Below are positions 45,714 to 55,607 of a stretch of 63,884 nt of DNA, piece by piece. Every line of letters starts with the position of its first letter. The first letter of the stretch is position 1. The notes under the pieces are model-generated. The model worked only from the letters and a program-made list of their open reading frames with translations, ran no database searches and was not told the DNA's origin. The position numbers and the translations under genes were made by a program. Origin of the DNA: a virus (Duplodnaviria > Caudoviricetes); the IMG/VR virus record IMGVR_UViG_3300036985_002667, positions 1 through 63,884 of that record. The stretch is one strand, 5' to 3'.

Positions 45714-46400
45714 ATGACCACATCCGGCACAACCGCGTTTAATATGGATTTCGCAGAGATTGCGGAAGAGGCGTGGGAGCGTGCCGGTCGTGAGATGCGT
45801 TCGGGCTACGATCTGCGCACAGCGCGCAGGTCCATGAACCTGTTGACGATTGAGTGGCAAAACCGTGGTCTTAACATGTGGACGTTCGAGCAAGGCACTC
45901 AAGTGCTTACGCCCGGCACGGCTACATACACCCTTCCCGCAGACACTATCGACCTTCTCGATCATGTCCTTCGCACCGGCAGCGGCACGACGCAAGCTGA
46001 TCTGGCAGTCTCGCGTATCAGCGTCTCAACCTACGCAACTATCCCCAACAAGAACAGCACGGGGCGTCCGATTCAGCTCTATGTTCAGCGGTTGCGGGAT
46101 GCACCCCAAGTCACAGTTTGGCCTGTGCCTGATACCACGCAACCCTACACGCTAGTGTACTGGCGCATGCGGCGTATTCAAGATGCCGGCAATGGTGTGG
46201 AAACGTCTGATGTTCAATTCCGTTTTCTGCCCTGTTTGGTCGCAGGACTGGCGTACTACATCGCCATGAAAGACCCAGCACTGATGGAACGGGTGCCAAT
46301 GCTCAAAGCTGTGTACGACGAGCAGTTTGATCTTGCCGCGGGCGAAGACCGGGAAAAAGCCTCGGTTCGGTTTGTACCGCGAATGTTTAGGTCGAGGTAA
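45714..46400 (+). CDS. Head-tail adaptor (P22 gp4-like)
   Basis: EEAWER.G...GYDLRTARRS.N....W.NRG...WPVPD...LAY. Confidence 0.75.
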   Translation: MTTSGTTAFNMDFAEIAEEAWERAGREMRSGYDLRTARRSMNLLTIEWQNRGLNMWTFEQGTQVLTPGTATYTLPADTIDLLDHVLRTGSGTTQADLAVSRISVSTYATIPNKNSTGRPIQLYVQRLRDAPQVTVWPVPDTTQPYTLVYWRMRRIQDAGNGVETSDVQFRFLPCLVAGLAYYIAMKDPALMERVPMLKAVYDEQFDLAAGEDREKASVRFVPRMFRSR

Positions 46401-46402
46401 TC

Positions 46403-46768
46403 ATGGGCAACCGGTTTGCAGCAGGCAAACGGGCGTTCGGGTTCTGCGATATTTGCTCGTTCCGGTACCCCTTGCCGAAGCTAAAAGAGCTGATTGTTCG
46501 GACTAAAAAGACGAACATGCTGGCATGCACGGCGTGCTGGAGTCCTGACCACCCGCAGAACATGCAGGGCATGTATCCTGTAGATGATCCACAGGCACTG
46601 CGCCGACCAAGACCCGATCTATCCTTGGTGGCAACCTCAGTTGCGACGGGGTCTCGGGAGATTCAGTGGGGCTGGAATCCGGTTGGGGGTGCCCGTGATT
46701 TCGTTGCAGCCGAAACCCCGAATGATTTAGTTGCCGTAGGAATTATCGGCACCGTAACGATAACGTGA
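46403..46768 (+). CDS. Zn-ribbon head-completion protein
   Basis: CDIC...CTAC...HPQ...DPQAL..PRPD. Confidence 0.65.
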   Translation: MGNRFAAGKRAFGFCDICSFRYPLPKLKELIVRTKKTNMLACTACWSPDHPQNMQGMYPVDDPQALRRPRPDLSLVATSVATGSREIQWGWNPVGGARDFVAAETPNDLVAVGIIGTVTIT

Positions 46769-46778
46769 GAGGTTAAAC

Positions 46779-46964
46779 ATGGATAAGTCTGCAATGAAGC
46801 AAGTCGCCAAGACTGAAGTCAAAGCGCACGAAAAGAAAATGCACGGCGCTAAAGGTTTCGCCAAGGGCGGCAAGACCAGCCTGCAAATGAAGCAGATGGG
46901 TCGTGGTCTGGCTAAAGTGGCCAACCAAAAGAAGTCGTCGTTCACCTACAAAAAAGGTGCTTGA
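46779..46964 (+). CDS. Small basic protein (FAKGG)
   Basis: GAGG SD; K-rich. Confidence 0.65.
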   Translation: MDKSAMKQVAKTEVKAHEKKMHGAKGFAKGGKTSLQMKQMGRGLAKVANQKKSSFTYKKGA

Positions 46965-46965
46965 T

Positions 46966-47139
46966 ATGAAAAAGCCTGTCCTGCCTGCGGAAAATCAGAA
47001 GAAGTTTGTCGATAACCTTGCTACGTCTGCTGGCAACACGCGCCGTCCCGAGTACCCCGCTGTTAAGACCAGCGGCGTCAAAACACGTGGCAATGGTGCT
47101 GCAACAAAGGGCGTAACAGCTCGCGGCCCGATGGCTTGA
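46966..47139 (+). CDS. Small basic protein (RGNGAATKG)
   Basis: AAGGTG SD before ATG 46966. Confidence 0.6.
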   Translation: MKKPVLPAENQKKFVDNLATSAGNTRRPEYPAVKTSGVKTRGNGAATKGVTARGPMA

Positions 47140-47146
47140 GGTAACG

Positions 47147-47776
47147 ATGGACTACTTATCCCTTTGCACTAATATTCAAGACATCTGTGAAAACACATTC
47201 ACAGCGGACCAGCTCGCCATGTTCACGGAGCAGGCCGAACAAAAGATTTACAACTCAGTTCAGATTCCCGCACTGCGCAAAAACGTGACGGGAACAATGT
47301 CGGCTAACAACAAGTATCTGGCAGTGCCTGCTGACTTTCTGTATGCCTATTCATTGGCAGCAGTAGCGCCTGACGGGGCTTACCAGTTTTTGTTGAACAA
47401 AGACGTGAACTTTATGCGGGAAGCCTACCCAACGCCGACTGTTACAGGGTTTCCAAAACATTATGCGTACTTCGATAGCAGTGCTTTTATTTTGGGGCCG
47501 ACTCCAGATATTTCGTATAGCACAGAGCTTCACTACGGCTATTACCCGCAATCGATTGTGACCGCAGGCACAACGTGGCTGGGGGACGAGTTTGATTCGG
47601 CCCTGCTCAACGGCGCGTTGATCGAAGCAATCCGGTTCATGAAGGGCGAGCAGGACATGGTGCAGCTCTATCAGACACTCTATGTACAAGCTATCGGACT
47701 TTTGAAAAATTTGGGCGATGGCAAACTGCGTCAGGATGCTTATCGTTCTGGGCAATTCCGCGAAAAGGTAGGCTGA
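47147..47776 (+). CDS. Second adaptor/tail tubular protein
   Basis: F...AE..I....P.D.....P.HYA....LGPTPD..Y...L.Y...P...TWL.....LL.G.L.EA. Confidence 0.7.
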   Translation: MDYLSLCTNIQDICENTFTADQLAMFTEQAEQKIYNSVQIPALRKNVTGTMSANNKYLAVPADFLYAYSLAAVAPDGAYQFLLNKDVNFMREAYPTPTVTGFPKHYAYFDSSAFILGPTPDISYSTELHYGYYPQSIVTAGTTWLGDEFDSALLNGALIEAIRFMKGEQDMVQLYQTLYVQAIGLLKNLGDGKLRQDAYRSGQFREKVG

Positions 47777-47777
47777 T

Positions 47778-48203
47778 ATGCCAATTACACAATGTATGGT
47801 GTCCTCGTTCAAAACTGACATGCTTGGTGGCGTGCAGGATTTGGACACTGATGTAATCAAAATTGCGCTCTACACGAGCGCCGCGACCCTGAATGCGGCT
47901 ACCACGGCCTACACTGCGACAAATGAAGTCTCCAGCGTAGGTACGGGCTATACGGCAGGGGGCAATACGCTTACTGGTGCGGCTATTTCGCTTGATGGCA
48001 CTACAGGCATCTGCACGTTTAGTAACACGTCTTGGACAACGTCGTCGATTACGGCGCGGGGCGCGTTAATCTACAATAGCACCAAGACAAACAAAGCAAT
48101 TGCTGTGTTGGATTTTGGCGCAGACAAGACGTCTACTAGCGGAACCTTTACGGTTAACTTCCCTGCCGCTACCGCAGGTTCAGCCATTATTCAGGTGGGC
48201 TAA
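47778..48203 (+). CDS. Virion/tail structural protein
   Basis: SFK..L.G.......KIALY...EV..TGYTAGG..L...ARGALIYN..DFG. Confidence 0.7.
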   Translation: MPITQCMVSSFKTDMLGGVQDLDTDVIKIALYTSAATLNAATTAYTATNEVSSVGTGYTAGGNTLTGAAISLDGTTGICTFSNTSWTTSSITARGALIYNSTKTNKAIAVLDFGADKTSTSGTFTVNFPAATAGSAIIQVG

Positions 48204-50056
48204 TGTCGACAATCGTCACTCGGGCAGGTAAGGGCTCGGCGCTTACCTACGCCGAAGTCGATTCCAACTTTACCAACCTCAATACTGATAAGTATCAATC
48301 AGGCTCAACGGCGTCTTTGGCGTCGTTGACGCTATCTTCCGCACTGCCTGCTCCAAGTGGCGGCACCGGGCAATCAAGCTATGCGGTGGGCGATCTGCTT
48401 TACGCCTCCACCACCACGGCGCTGTCCAAGCTGGCTGATGTCGCCACGGGCAATGCGCTGATCTCGGGCGGTGTGGGTGTGGCCCCTGCATGGGGCAAGA
48501 TCGGCCTGACGACTCACGTCTCCGGCACGCTGCCCGTGGCAAACGGCGGCACCGGTATTACCTCGCTCGGCGCAGGCGTTGCCACATGGCTGGGCACACC
48601 CAGCAGCGCCAATCTGCTCGCAGCGATGACTGATGAGACCGGCACAGGCTCGCTGGTGTTTGGCACCAGCCCGACGCTGGTCACGCCGACGCTCGGCGCA
48701 GCGTCTGCCACCTCAGTGGCGTTTGGGCTTGGCGCAGCAGCCACGCCTTCGATTACTTTCACGGGCGATCTGAATACGGGCGTCTGGTCGCCTGCGGCGG
48801 ATACCTTGGCGGCAAGTACCGCAGGTTTGGAACGGCTGCGGGTTACGAGTGCGGGCGATGCGTTTCTGAATACCACGGGATATACAGTAGGCACCGCTGC
48901 CGGAACAGTCATTCCGCGATTGGGGGCTGTTGGGCCTATTATCTCAATCCGCGCCTCAGCAGGCGGCGGAGAAGCTCGTTATCACCTGTACAACGTCGGG
49001 AGCACAGCGGAATGGCTGATGGGCCAAAAGAGCGGCACAGCCCATAACTTTGTACTCAGCAAAATGGCGTCGGGTGTAGAGTTGGATCACGTTGTGGTTC
49101 AGCCGGCGGGACACGTTGGCATAAGCACCACACCCAGCGCGTGGATTGCGTCTGTGCGGGCGATTCAAATCGGCGTGGGCGGGTCTGTCTCAACGTGGGA
49201 CGGCAGTAACGGCAGCGTGACGCTGGGCGCAAATTTGTATGACGCTGGCAGTGCCGTCATACGATATATCAACAGCGCAGCCGCAGGGGCTTTTGATATT
49301 GTCGCCGGCGCATTTACTTGGCGCACCGCGCCGGCAGGTATTGCGGGTGCTCCAATCACTTTTACGCAAGCAATGACGCTTACGAGTGCCGGAAGGTTAG
49401 GCATCGGCATTTCAGCGCCCTCGACAGCATTGCACGTAAGTGGTGCGGTAGGCACGACGTTTTCCCCCAACGTAATTAATACGGCACTGTTAGGCACGTC
49501 GGCCGCTACATCCGGCAACAGCGGGGCGGGCATCTCGTTCCAAGGCTACACCACTGGCACGACAGCGATCTCCGATCTGGCCTTTATCAGTGGCATCAAA
49601 GAAAACACCACCGACGGGAATTATGCCGGGGCGCTTGTTTTTGGCACTCGCACAAACGGGTCTGGTGGCGGCAACTTTGAGCGGATGCGGATTTTATCCA
49701 GCGGCAACGTCGGCATCGGCACAGCCACCAACCTCAGTACGCTCACTGTCAATGGCTCGTTTGCCAGCAAGTCGCCCAGCACCGTCAATGCTGCCACTTA
49801 CACCGTGGCGGCAACCGATGGCTCGCTGCGTTTTACCACCACCAACTGCACCGTGACATTGCCTGCCCCGGCCAGTTTTCCGGGGCGCATCCTGTATCTC
49901 AACACGATCACCGCCAACAGCGTGATTAGTGCATCGGCTAACGTCATTCCGCTGGGTTCAAACACCGCAGGCACCGCGATTCTTGCTGCCACTCTGGGCA
50001 AGTTTGCAATGTTGCAATCGGACGGCACCAACTGGATCACCATGATGAGCAACTAA
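48203..50056 (+). CDS. Tail fibre 1
   Basis: RAGKGSALT.AEVDSNF N-terminus; LPVANGGTG and ERMRI..GNVGIG repeats; SDGTNW C-terminus. Confidence 0.85.
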   Translation: MSTIVTRAGKGSALTYAEVDSNFTNLNTDKYQSGSTASLASLTLSSALPAPSGGTGQSSYAVGDLLYASTTTALSKLADVATGNALISGGVGVAPAWGKIGLTTHVSGTLPVANGGTGITSLGAGVATWLGTPSSANLLAAMTDETGTGSLVFGTSPTLVTPTLGAASATSVAFGLGAAATPSITFTGDLNTGVWSPAADTLAASTAGLERLRVTSAGDAFLNTTGYTVGTAAGTVIPRLGAVGPIISIRASAGGGEARYHLYNVGSTAEWLMGQKSGTAHNFVLSKMASGVELDHVVVQPAGHVGISTTPSAWIASVRAIQIGVGGSVSTWDGSNGSVTLGANLYDAGSAVIRYINSAAAGAFDIVAGAFTWRTAPAGIAGAPITFTQAMTLTSAGRLGIGISAPSTALHVSGAVGTTFSPNVINTALLGTSAATSGNSGAGISFQGYTTGTTAISDLAFISGIKENTTDGNYAGALVFGTRTNGSGGGNFERMRILSSGNVGIGTATNLSTLTVNGSFASKSPSTVNAATYTVAATDGSLRFTTTNCTVTLPAPASFPGRILYLNTITANSVISASANVIPLGSNTAGTAILAATLGKFAMLQSDGTNWITMMSN

Positions 50057-50057
50057 C

Positions 50058-51188
50058 ATGGCAGACGTAACCGTTACCCTAACCCCAGTACCAGCAGCGT
50101 ATACGACGTTTGCTGAGTATGTTGTCGCGGGTTATTGGGACGACGGTTATGTTGTCAGTTATGCCTGTGCCTACACTGTCACGGGCACCGCCAACGTCTA
50201 CCCGACAGGGGTGTCGGCCACGGGTGCTGTTGGTACTGTATCGGTATCCGCTGGCGCGAATGTTTATCCGACAGGTGTACGTGGTACAGGCGCGGTTGGT
50301 ACGGCAACAGTCACTGCCGGGGCTAATGTCTACCCCACTGGGGTAGTTGCCACGGGCGCAATCGGCACGGCTACGGTCACAGGCACCGCCAACGTCTACC
50401 CGACAGGCGTATTGGCCACTGGAGCGGTTGGCACCGTATCAGTATCCGCTGGCGCGAATGCGTATCCCACGGGGGTATCGGCCACTGGGGCTGTCGGCAC
50501 TGTAAGCGTTACTGGCACAGCGAACGTCTACCCCACTGGGGTAGTTGCCACGGGCGCGGTCGGCACGGCTACGGTTGTGACGGATGTTGTGGTGTCAGTG
50601 ACAGGCGTATCGGTTACAGGTGCGGTTGGCACCGTATCAGTAACGGCTGGCGCTAATGCTGATCCCACAGGCGTATCGGCCACTGGCGCAGTTGGTACTG
50701 TCTCAGTTGTACCTGAAGTCAACGTCTACCCCACGGGCGTGTCGGCCACGGGCGCAGTTGGCACGGTTACGGTTACTGGCACCGCAGAGGTCTATCCGGC
50801 CGGTGTGCGCGCAGTGGGCGTTATTGGTGACGTTAATGTCTGGGGAATTATTGATGACAGCCAGACACCCGATTGGACAGGAATTATCATTCCCAGTGCG
50901 GTTTGGACTCCCATACCGGACGATCAGATTCCTGTCTGGGCGGGCATTGATGATTCACAGATACCAGTTTGGACTAACATCCCGGTAGCGCCAGAAAGCG
51001 GTTGGGCGGCAATCGATGACACGCAGGTTCCCGGGTGGAATAATGTTTCAGATACTCAGACCCCCGGTTGGGGTGCGATAGACGATACACAAGCTCCAGA
51101 ATGGACGCCTGTTACTGATGCACAAGTGCCGACATGGATCGCGGTACCGGATACTCAATCTCCAAATTGGCAGCAGATAGCTGCATAA
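50058..51188 (+). CDS. Repetitive virion fibre/shaft protein
   Basis: Ten 22-aa ANVYPTGVSATGAVGTVSVTAG repeats, then eleven Trp-led repeats of about 11 aa. Confidence 0.75.
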   Translation: MADVTVTLTPVPAAYTTFAEYVVAGYWDDGYVVSYACAYTVTGTANVYPTGVSATGAVGTVSVSAGANVYPTGVRGTGAVGTATVTAGANVYPTGVVATGAIGTATVTGTANVYPTGVLATGAVGTVSVSAGANAYPTGVSATGAVGTVSVTGTANVYPTGVVATGAVGTATVVTDVVVSVTGVSVTGAVGTVSVTAGANADPTGVSATGAVGTVSVVPEVNVYPTGVSATGAVGTVTVTGTAEVYPAGVRAVGVIGDVNVWGIIDDSQTPDWTGIIIPSAVWTPIPDDQIPVWAGIDDSQIPVWTNIPVAPESGWAAIDDTQVPGWNNVSDTQTPGWGAIDDTQAPEWTPVTDAQVPTWIAVPDTQSPNWQQIAA

Positions 51189-51197
51189 GGACAAAAT

Positions 51198-54100
51198 ATG
51201 GCAACTGCATTTACTTCACTTCTCGGGCTGGCTCTTCCGGTAACTGGCGAACTGGCAGGCACATGGGGCGACACAGTCAACAACTCCATCACCTCACTGC
51301 TAGATTCTGCTGTTGCAGGCACCACCGCGCTCAGCACTGACGTTGATGTCACCCTGACAACGACTACCGGTGCGACAAATCAGTCCCGGCAAGCGATCCT
51401 GTTGTGTACAGGCACACGGTCGGTCCTGAGAACAATCACCGCCCCCGCAAGGTCCAAGATGTATGTGGTTATCAACAGCACCACTGGCGGCTTTGGCGTG
51501 AAGCTCGTGGGCGTTGGCCCCACCACAGGCGTGACCGTGGCTAACGGCAAGACCGCCGTGGTTGTGTGGAACGGCTCAGACTTCGTGGAAGTGGCCCCGG
51601 CGACTGCGACAACCGCTACCAATCTCGCGGGCGGCGTGGCAGGCTCCCTGCCCTATCAGACAGCCGCTAGCACCACGACATTCCTCGGCATCGGCGCAGC
51701 GAACTACGTGCTGACCTCGACAGGCACCGCGCCCACATGGACGATCAACACCGGCACGGGCAACGTGGTGCGGGCTACCAGCCCCACAATTACAACGCCC
51801 ACCATCACCACCTCCGCTACTGTGCCTTTGTTGATTGGCGGCACAGCCACGACCAGCACACTGGCCTTGCGCTCGACCAGCGGTGTAGGCACCACCGGCG
51901 CGGACATTATTTTCCAGACCGGCAACAACGGCGCGACGGAAGCAATGCGCGTGCTGAACAACGGGAATGTGGGGGTTGGGACGAATGCCCCGACAGCACT
52001 TTTGCAGGTGCAACAAACTTTAGCTAATACATACGCCTCTACGTCTGCAATAACAGCAACACCAGATGGATCGCTGACCTCGATTGTTAATTTGGCGCAA
52101 GCCACGGATGTCTTTCGCGGGATCAATTTTTCCTCCAGAAGCGCCGCAGGGGATTTACAAAATTCTTACTTTGGCGCGGTATCCACGGCCACTGGAAATT
52201 CCCCAATTTTTGTGTGGGGCCAACGCACTGGAGCAACTGCGTATGCCGAACGCATGCGCATCGACAGCGCGGGCAATGTGGGGGTTGGGACAGTAAGCCC
52301 TGCGGGCCCCCTAGATATTGCAAATACCACTTCTGGCCTTGTGCGTATTACGACTACAAATACAGGAGCCCCACCCGGAGTCTATGCGCAACACGGAAGA
52401 GGTAGCCTTACAGTACCAACAGCAAGCGTAGCAAATGATGTTGTAGGGAGATTGGCAGGTGCTGGGTATGGAACAACTACCTATCAGGCATGTGGACGGT
52501 TTGAGTTGGCGGCGGCAGAAACACTGTCGGATACCAGTAGCGCGGGCTACGCTCGTATTTTCACAACACCGACTGGCAGTGTTACGCCAGTCGAACGCAT
52601 GCGCATCACTAGTGCCGGTGATGTGGGGATTGGAACCGCAAGCCCAACCAGCACGCTGACTGTAGCCGGCACGTTCAATACCACGGGCAACGTTACGCTG
52701 GGTGACGCCACCACCGACACCGTGACGGTGAATGGCTACATGTCAGTAGGCGGAACACCAACGGCTTCGCAAGGGCTGCGAGTAATCCCTGCGGCGCTGA
52801 CTGGAACTATTCAATTTGGTTCCGTACTGGGGATTACGGCCACGTCTGCCGCGACAGTAGGCGTGGAAGCTGCGCGAGTGCAGGCAGGCACCGCAGTTGC
52901 GGCATTTACAACCGCTTACGCGGCAGGCTTATGGGTTCGAGATGCGATACGTGGCGCGGGCTCTACCATTACCAACAATTACGGCATTTACATCGACGAA
53001 AAAGTCGCAGGCACTAACAACTACGGCCTTGCTACCAACATTGCTGCCGGTGCTAATAAATGGAACCTCTATATTGATGGCACGGCGCAAAATTACTTTG
53101 GTGGGGACGTTGGGATTGGGACATCCACCCCGGGATGTAGGCTAGAAGTAGTCGCTTCTGCGGCTGCAAGCATCCCCGCTGCTGGTGCGGCTTCGTCGCA
53201 TGCGGAAATTGGTGTGGGGCTTTATGGAACCATCTTTGGTACGCTGGGTTCCGGTAGAGGCTATATCCAACAACAACGCACTGACGGAACAGCCACGACG
53301 TATGACCTTTTGCTCCAGCCAAATGGCAGTGCTTTAGGTGTTGGAACTACAAACCCGTTGAACGCTGTTCGGCTTCATGTTGAGCAAAATGCTAACGCCA
53401 ACTACAGCACCAGCTTTACTACGGGAACCACCCCGTCTCAATTGGTGCTTCGTGATATTTCGGATGTCGCAACCTATACAAATCCCTTTGCCGCAGTGCA
53501 GTTTGGCGCGGGGAATACAGGGGCTGGCTTTTCGTATATTGCAGGCGCACGAGAAAGTGCGGGCACGTCCTTCTTGGCTTTCGGCACAGGAACTGGCGGC
53601 CAAGCCAGCGAACGCATGCGTATAGACAGCGCAGGCAAAGTGCTTGTGGGCGCTACGACAGCCCGTGCCAATTTCAACAACGCGACACTTTCGCCGCGTA
53701 TGCAGATTGAGGGTGTTGATTCCACCGGAGCGTCATTAGCGATTACCTGCAACACCACAACGGATGCCGATGGCCCAGCATTACTGTTTGGCAAATCAGC
53801 GACGGCGACGGTTGGCAGCAATACCTTAGTAGCAAACGGTGAATCACTCGGATACATCACCTTTGAAGGGAATGACGGAACCGAGTTTGTTCGTGCAGCA
53901 CAGATCAAAGCTGAAGTAGACGGCACACCCGGCGTAAACGATATGCCCGGGCGCCTTGTGTTTTCCACTACAGCAGACGGATCGGCAACAACCGCCGAGC
54001 GCATGCGCATCGACAGCGCAGGTAACGTTGGGATTGGCACTGCAACACCTTCCCTTAAGCTGGATGTTGTAGGGGCTACGAACAATGGAACAATTACTCA

Positions 54101-54851
54101 AGTCGCCACATTCCGTCAAATATCTACGCAGTCCGCTGGGTCAGGCGCAGAAATAGTTTTGTCGGCAAATGATATTACTCGGGCGGTAGCATTGGCGGGC
54201 GTAGTAGATACAGGCAATGGCCATGCAATGCTGTTTAAGACGAGCACAAGTGGCGCGACGCCAACCGAACGCATGCGTATCACCAGCGCAGGCAACTTGC
54301 TAATCGGCGGCACTACCCCGCAAGGAAACTCACGAGTCGAATTGCTTGGAACAAACGACGCAACTTCGGCCATTTCGCTTTACCGCTCAGATTTGTCGCA
54401 CCGTACCATTATTGGGGCCAACTATATTGGCACTTTTACAAATACCACCTTTGATGTTTATACAAACTCAACCTCAAAGCTGTCTATCACCAGCGCAGGC
54501 AACGTCGGCATTGGTGCTGCCTCGCCAGTTAATAAGCTCCAAGTAAATGGCTCATTTGGCCGTAACGCCCCCGTTACTAAAGCAGCTAGCTTTACCCTTG
54601 GCGACGCAGAAAACTGGTTGATCTGCAACGGCACGGCAACGATTACCGTAACACTTCCGGCAGCGTCTAGCTGGACTGGGCGTGAGGTGATGATTAAAAC
54701 CATCGCCGCATTCACGGTGGTGTCGGCTTCGAGCAACGTGGTGCCTTTGGTGGGTGGCGCAGCGGGTACGGCAATTTTGGCGGCGACGGCTGGCAAGTTT
54801 GCAACGCTGGTGTCGGATGGTACAAACTGGATCATCATGCAAGGCAACTAA
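51198..54851 (+). CDS. Tail fibre 2 (long)
   Basis: GELAGTWG..VN N-terminus; repeated ERMRIDSAGNVGIGT; SDGTNW C-terminus. Confidence 0.88.
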   Translation: MATAFTSLLGLALPVTGELAGTWGDTVNNSITSLLDSAVAGTTALSTDVDVTLTTTTGATNQSRQAILLCTGTRSVLRTITAPARSKMYVVINSTTGGFGVKLVGVGPTTGVTVANGKTAVVVWNGSDFVEVAPATATTATNLAGGVAGSLPYQTAASTTTFLGIGAANYVLTSTGTAPTWTINTGTGNVVRATSPTITTPTITTSATVPLLIGGTATTSTLALRSTSGVGTTGADIIFQTGNNGATEAMRVLNNGNVGVGTNAPTALLQVQQTLANTYASTSAITATPDGSLTSIVNLAQATDVFRGINFSSRSAAGDLQNSYFGAVSTATGNSPIFVWGQRTGATAYAERMRIDSAGNVGVGTVSPAGPLDIANTTSGLVRITTTNTGAPPGVYAQHGRGSLTVPTASVANDVVGRLAGAGYGTTTYQACGRFELAAAETLSDTSSAGYARIFTTPTGSVTPVERMRITSAGDVGIGTASPTSTLTVAGTFNTTGNVTLGDATTDTVTVNGYMSVGGTPTASQGLRVIPAALTGTIQFGSVLGITATSAATVGVEAARVQAGTAVAAFTTAYAAGLWVRDAIRGAGSTITNNYGIYIDEKVAGTNNYGLATNIAAGANKWNLYIDGTAQNYFGGDVGIGTSTPGCRLEVVASAAASIPAAGAASSHAEIGVGLYGTIFGTLGSGRGYIQQQRTDGTATTYDLLLQPNGSALGVGTTNPLNAVRLHVEQNANANYSTSFTTGTTPSQLVLRDISDVATYTNPFAAVQFGAGNTGAGFSYIAGARESAGTSFLAFGTGTGGQASERMRIDSAGKVLVGATTARANFNNATLSPRMQIEGVDSTGASLAITCNTTTDADGPALLFGKSATATVGSNTLVANGESLGYITFEGNDGTEFVRAAQIKAEVDGTPGVNDMPGRLVFSTTADGSATTAERMRIDSAGNVGIGTATPSLKLDVVGATNNGTITQVATFRQISTQSAGSGAEIVLSANDITRAVALAGVVDTGNGHAMLFKTSTSGATPTERMRITSAGNLLIGGTTPQGNSRVELLGTNDATSAISLYRSDLSHRTIIGANYIGTFTNTTFDVYTNSTSKLSITSAGNVGIGAASPVNKLQVNGSFGRNAPVTKAASFTLGDAENWLICNGTATITVTLPAASSWTGREVMIKTIAAFTVVSASSNVVPLVGGAAGTAILAATAGKFATLVSDGTNWIIMQGN

Positions 54852-54860
54852 GGAGCAGCT

Positions 54861-55031
54861 ATGAATGCACAAATTATGGCTTCGTTGGCTCGCCACATTC
54901 TTACGGCGATTTCTGGCGGGTTTTTTATCAAGTATGGTGTGGATGGTGGCGCGGCTGAGGCCATCATCGGCGGCGCTTCGGCGCTGGCCGGTGTGGGCTG
55001 GTCAATTTACGACAAGAAGAAGGGTGAGTAA
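54861..55031 (+). CDS. Holin-like small membrane protein
   Basis: Read by hand: MNAQIMASLARHILTAISGG...GVGWSIYDKKKGE; AAGGAG SD; near endolysin. Confidence 0.7.
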   Translation: MNAQIMASLARHILTAISGGFFIKYGVDGGAAEAIIGGASALAGVGWSIYDKKKGE

Positions 55032-55032
55032 C

Positions 55033-55365
55033 ATGGCTGTGACTTATACATGGGTGTTTAATCCACTGGATGTGAAGCTCTCTGAGGATGGCTTGACCAA
55101 TGTGGTGTATAACGTGAATTGGCGCTTGATCGGCACTGACGGTACTTACTCGGCCGATGTGTACGGCTCTGTTGGTGTGCCCGCTCCGTCGCCCGCAGCT
55201 TTCACACCTTACGATCAGCTTACTGAATCGATGGTGCAAGGGTGGGTGGTGGATGCCTTGGGAACCGAACAAGTGGCCCAATATGAGACAAGCATCGCCG
55301 CTCAAATTGCTTTGCAGCAAAACCCGGTTGATGCGTCCCTTCCACCTCCTTGGAGTAACACATGA
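55033..55365 (+). CDS. Tail fibre assembly-like protein
   Basis: True start ATG 55033; VV..V.W...FTPYDQLTE..V.GWV...PPW. Confidence 0.7.
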   Translation: MAVTYTWVFNPLDVKLSEDGLTNVVYNVNWRLIGTDGTYSADVYGSVGVPAPSPAAFTPYDQLTESMVQGWVVDALGTEQVAQYETSIAAQIALQQNPVDASLPPPWSNT

Positions 55366-55514
55366 TTAAGCTCGAACTGTCTATTGAAGAAACCCAAATC
55401 GTGCTGGTGGGCTTGTCCAAGCTGCCTTACGAAGCTGTTGCTGCCGTAATCGAGAAGATTAAAGAGCAAGCCCAGCCCCAAGTGCAACCTGCGGAAGAAC
55501 CCGCAGCGGAGTAA
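55362..55514 (+). CDS. 50-aa hypothetical protein
   Basis: Read by hand: MIKLELSIEE...L.KLPY..V...I.KIK.QA.PQ; GGAG SD. Confidence 0.65.
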   Translation: MIKLELSIEETQIVLVGLSKLPYEAVAAVIEKIKEQAQPQVQPAEEPAAE

Positions 55515-55607
55515 GCAGTACAATGGCGGTGAGCAGTCCGGCCTGCTCACCGTCTTGCTGTCAGCCGTGCCTGTAGGATTTAACCCTCTACGCTCACGGA
55601 CTGACCA

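Noticed and set aside
48203-54851. Diversity-generating retroelement acting on the paralogous fibre tips
   Set aside because: No reverse transcriptase; differences between the two tips are not adenine-specific.
54865-55032. N-terminal extension of the 166-aa ORF
   Set aside because: The region is the holin-like gene in another frame (54861-55031, with SD); the real start is 55033.
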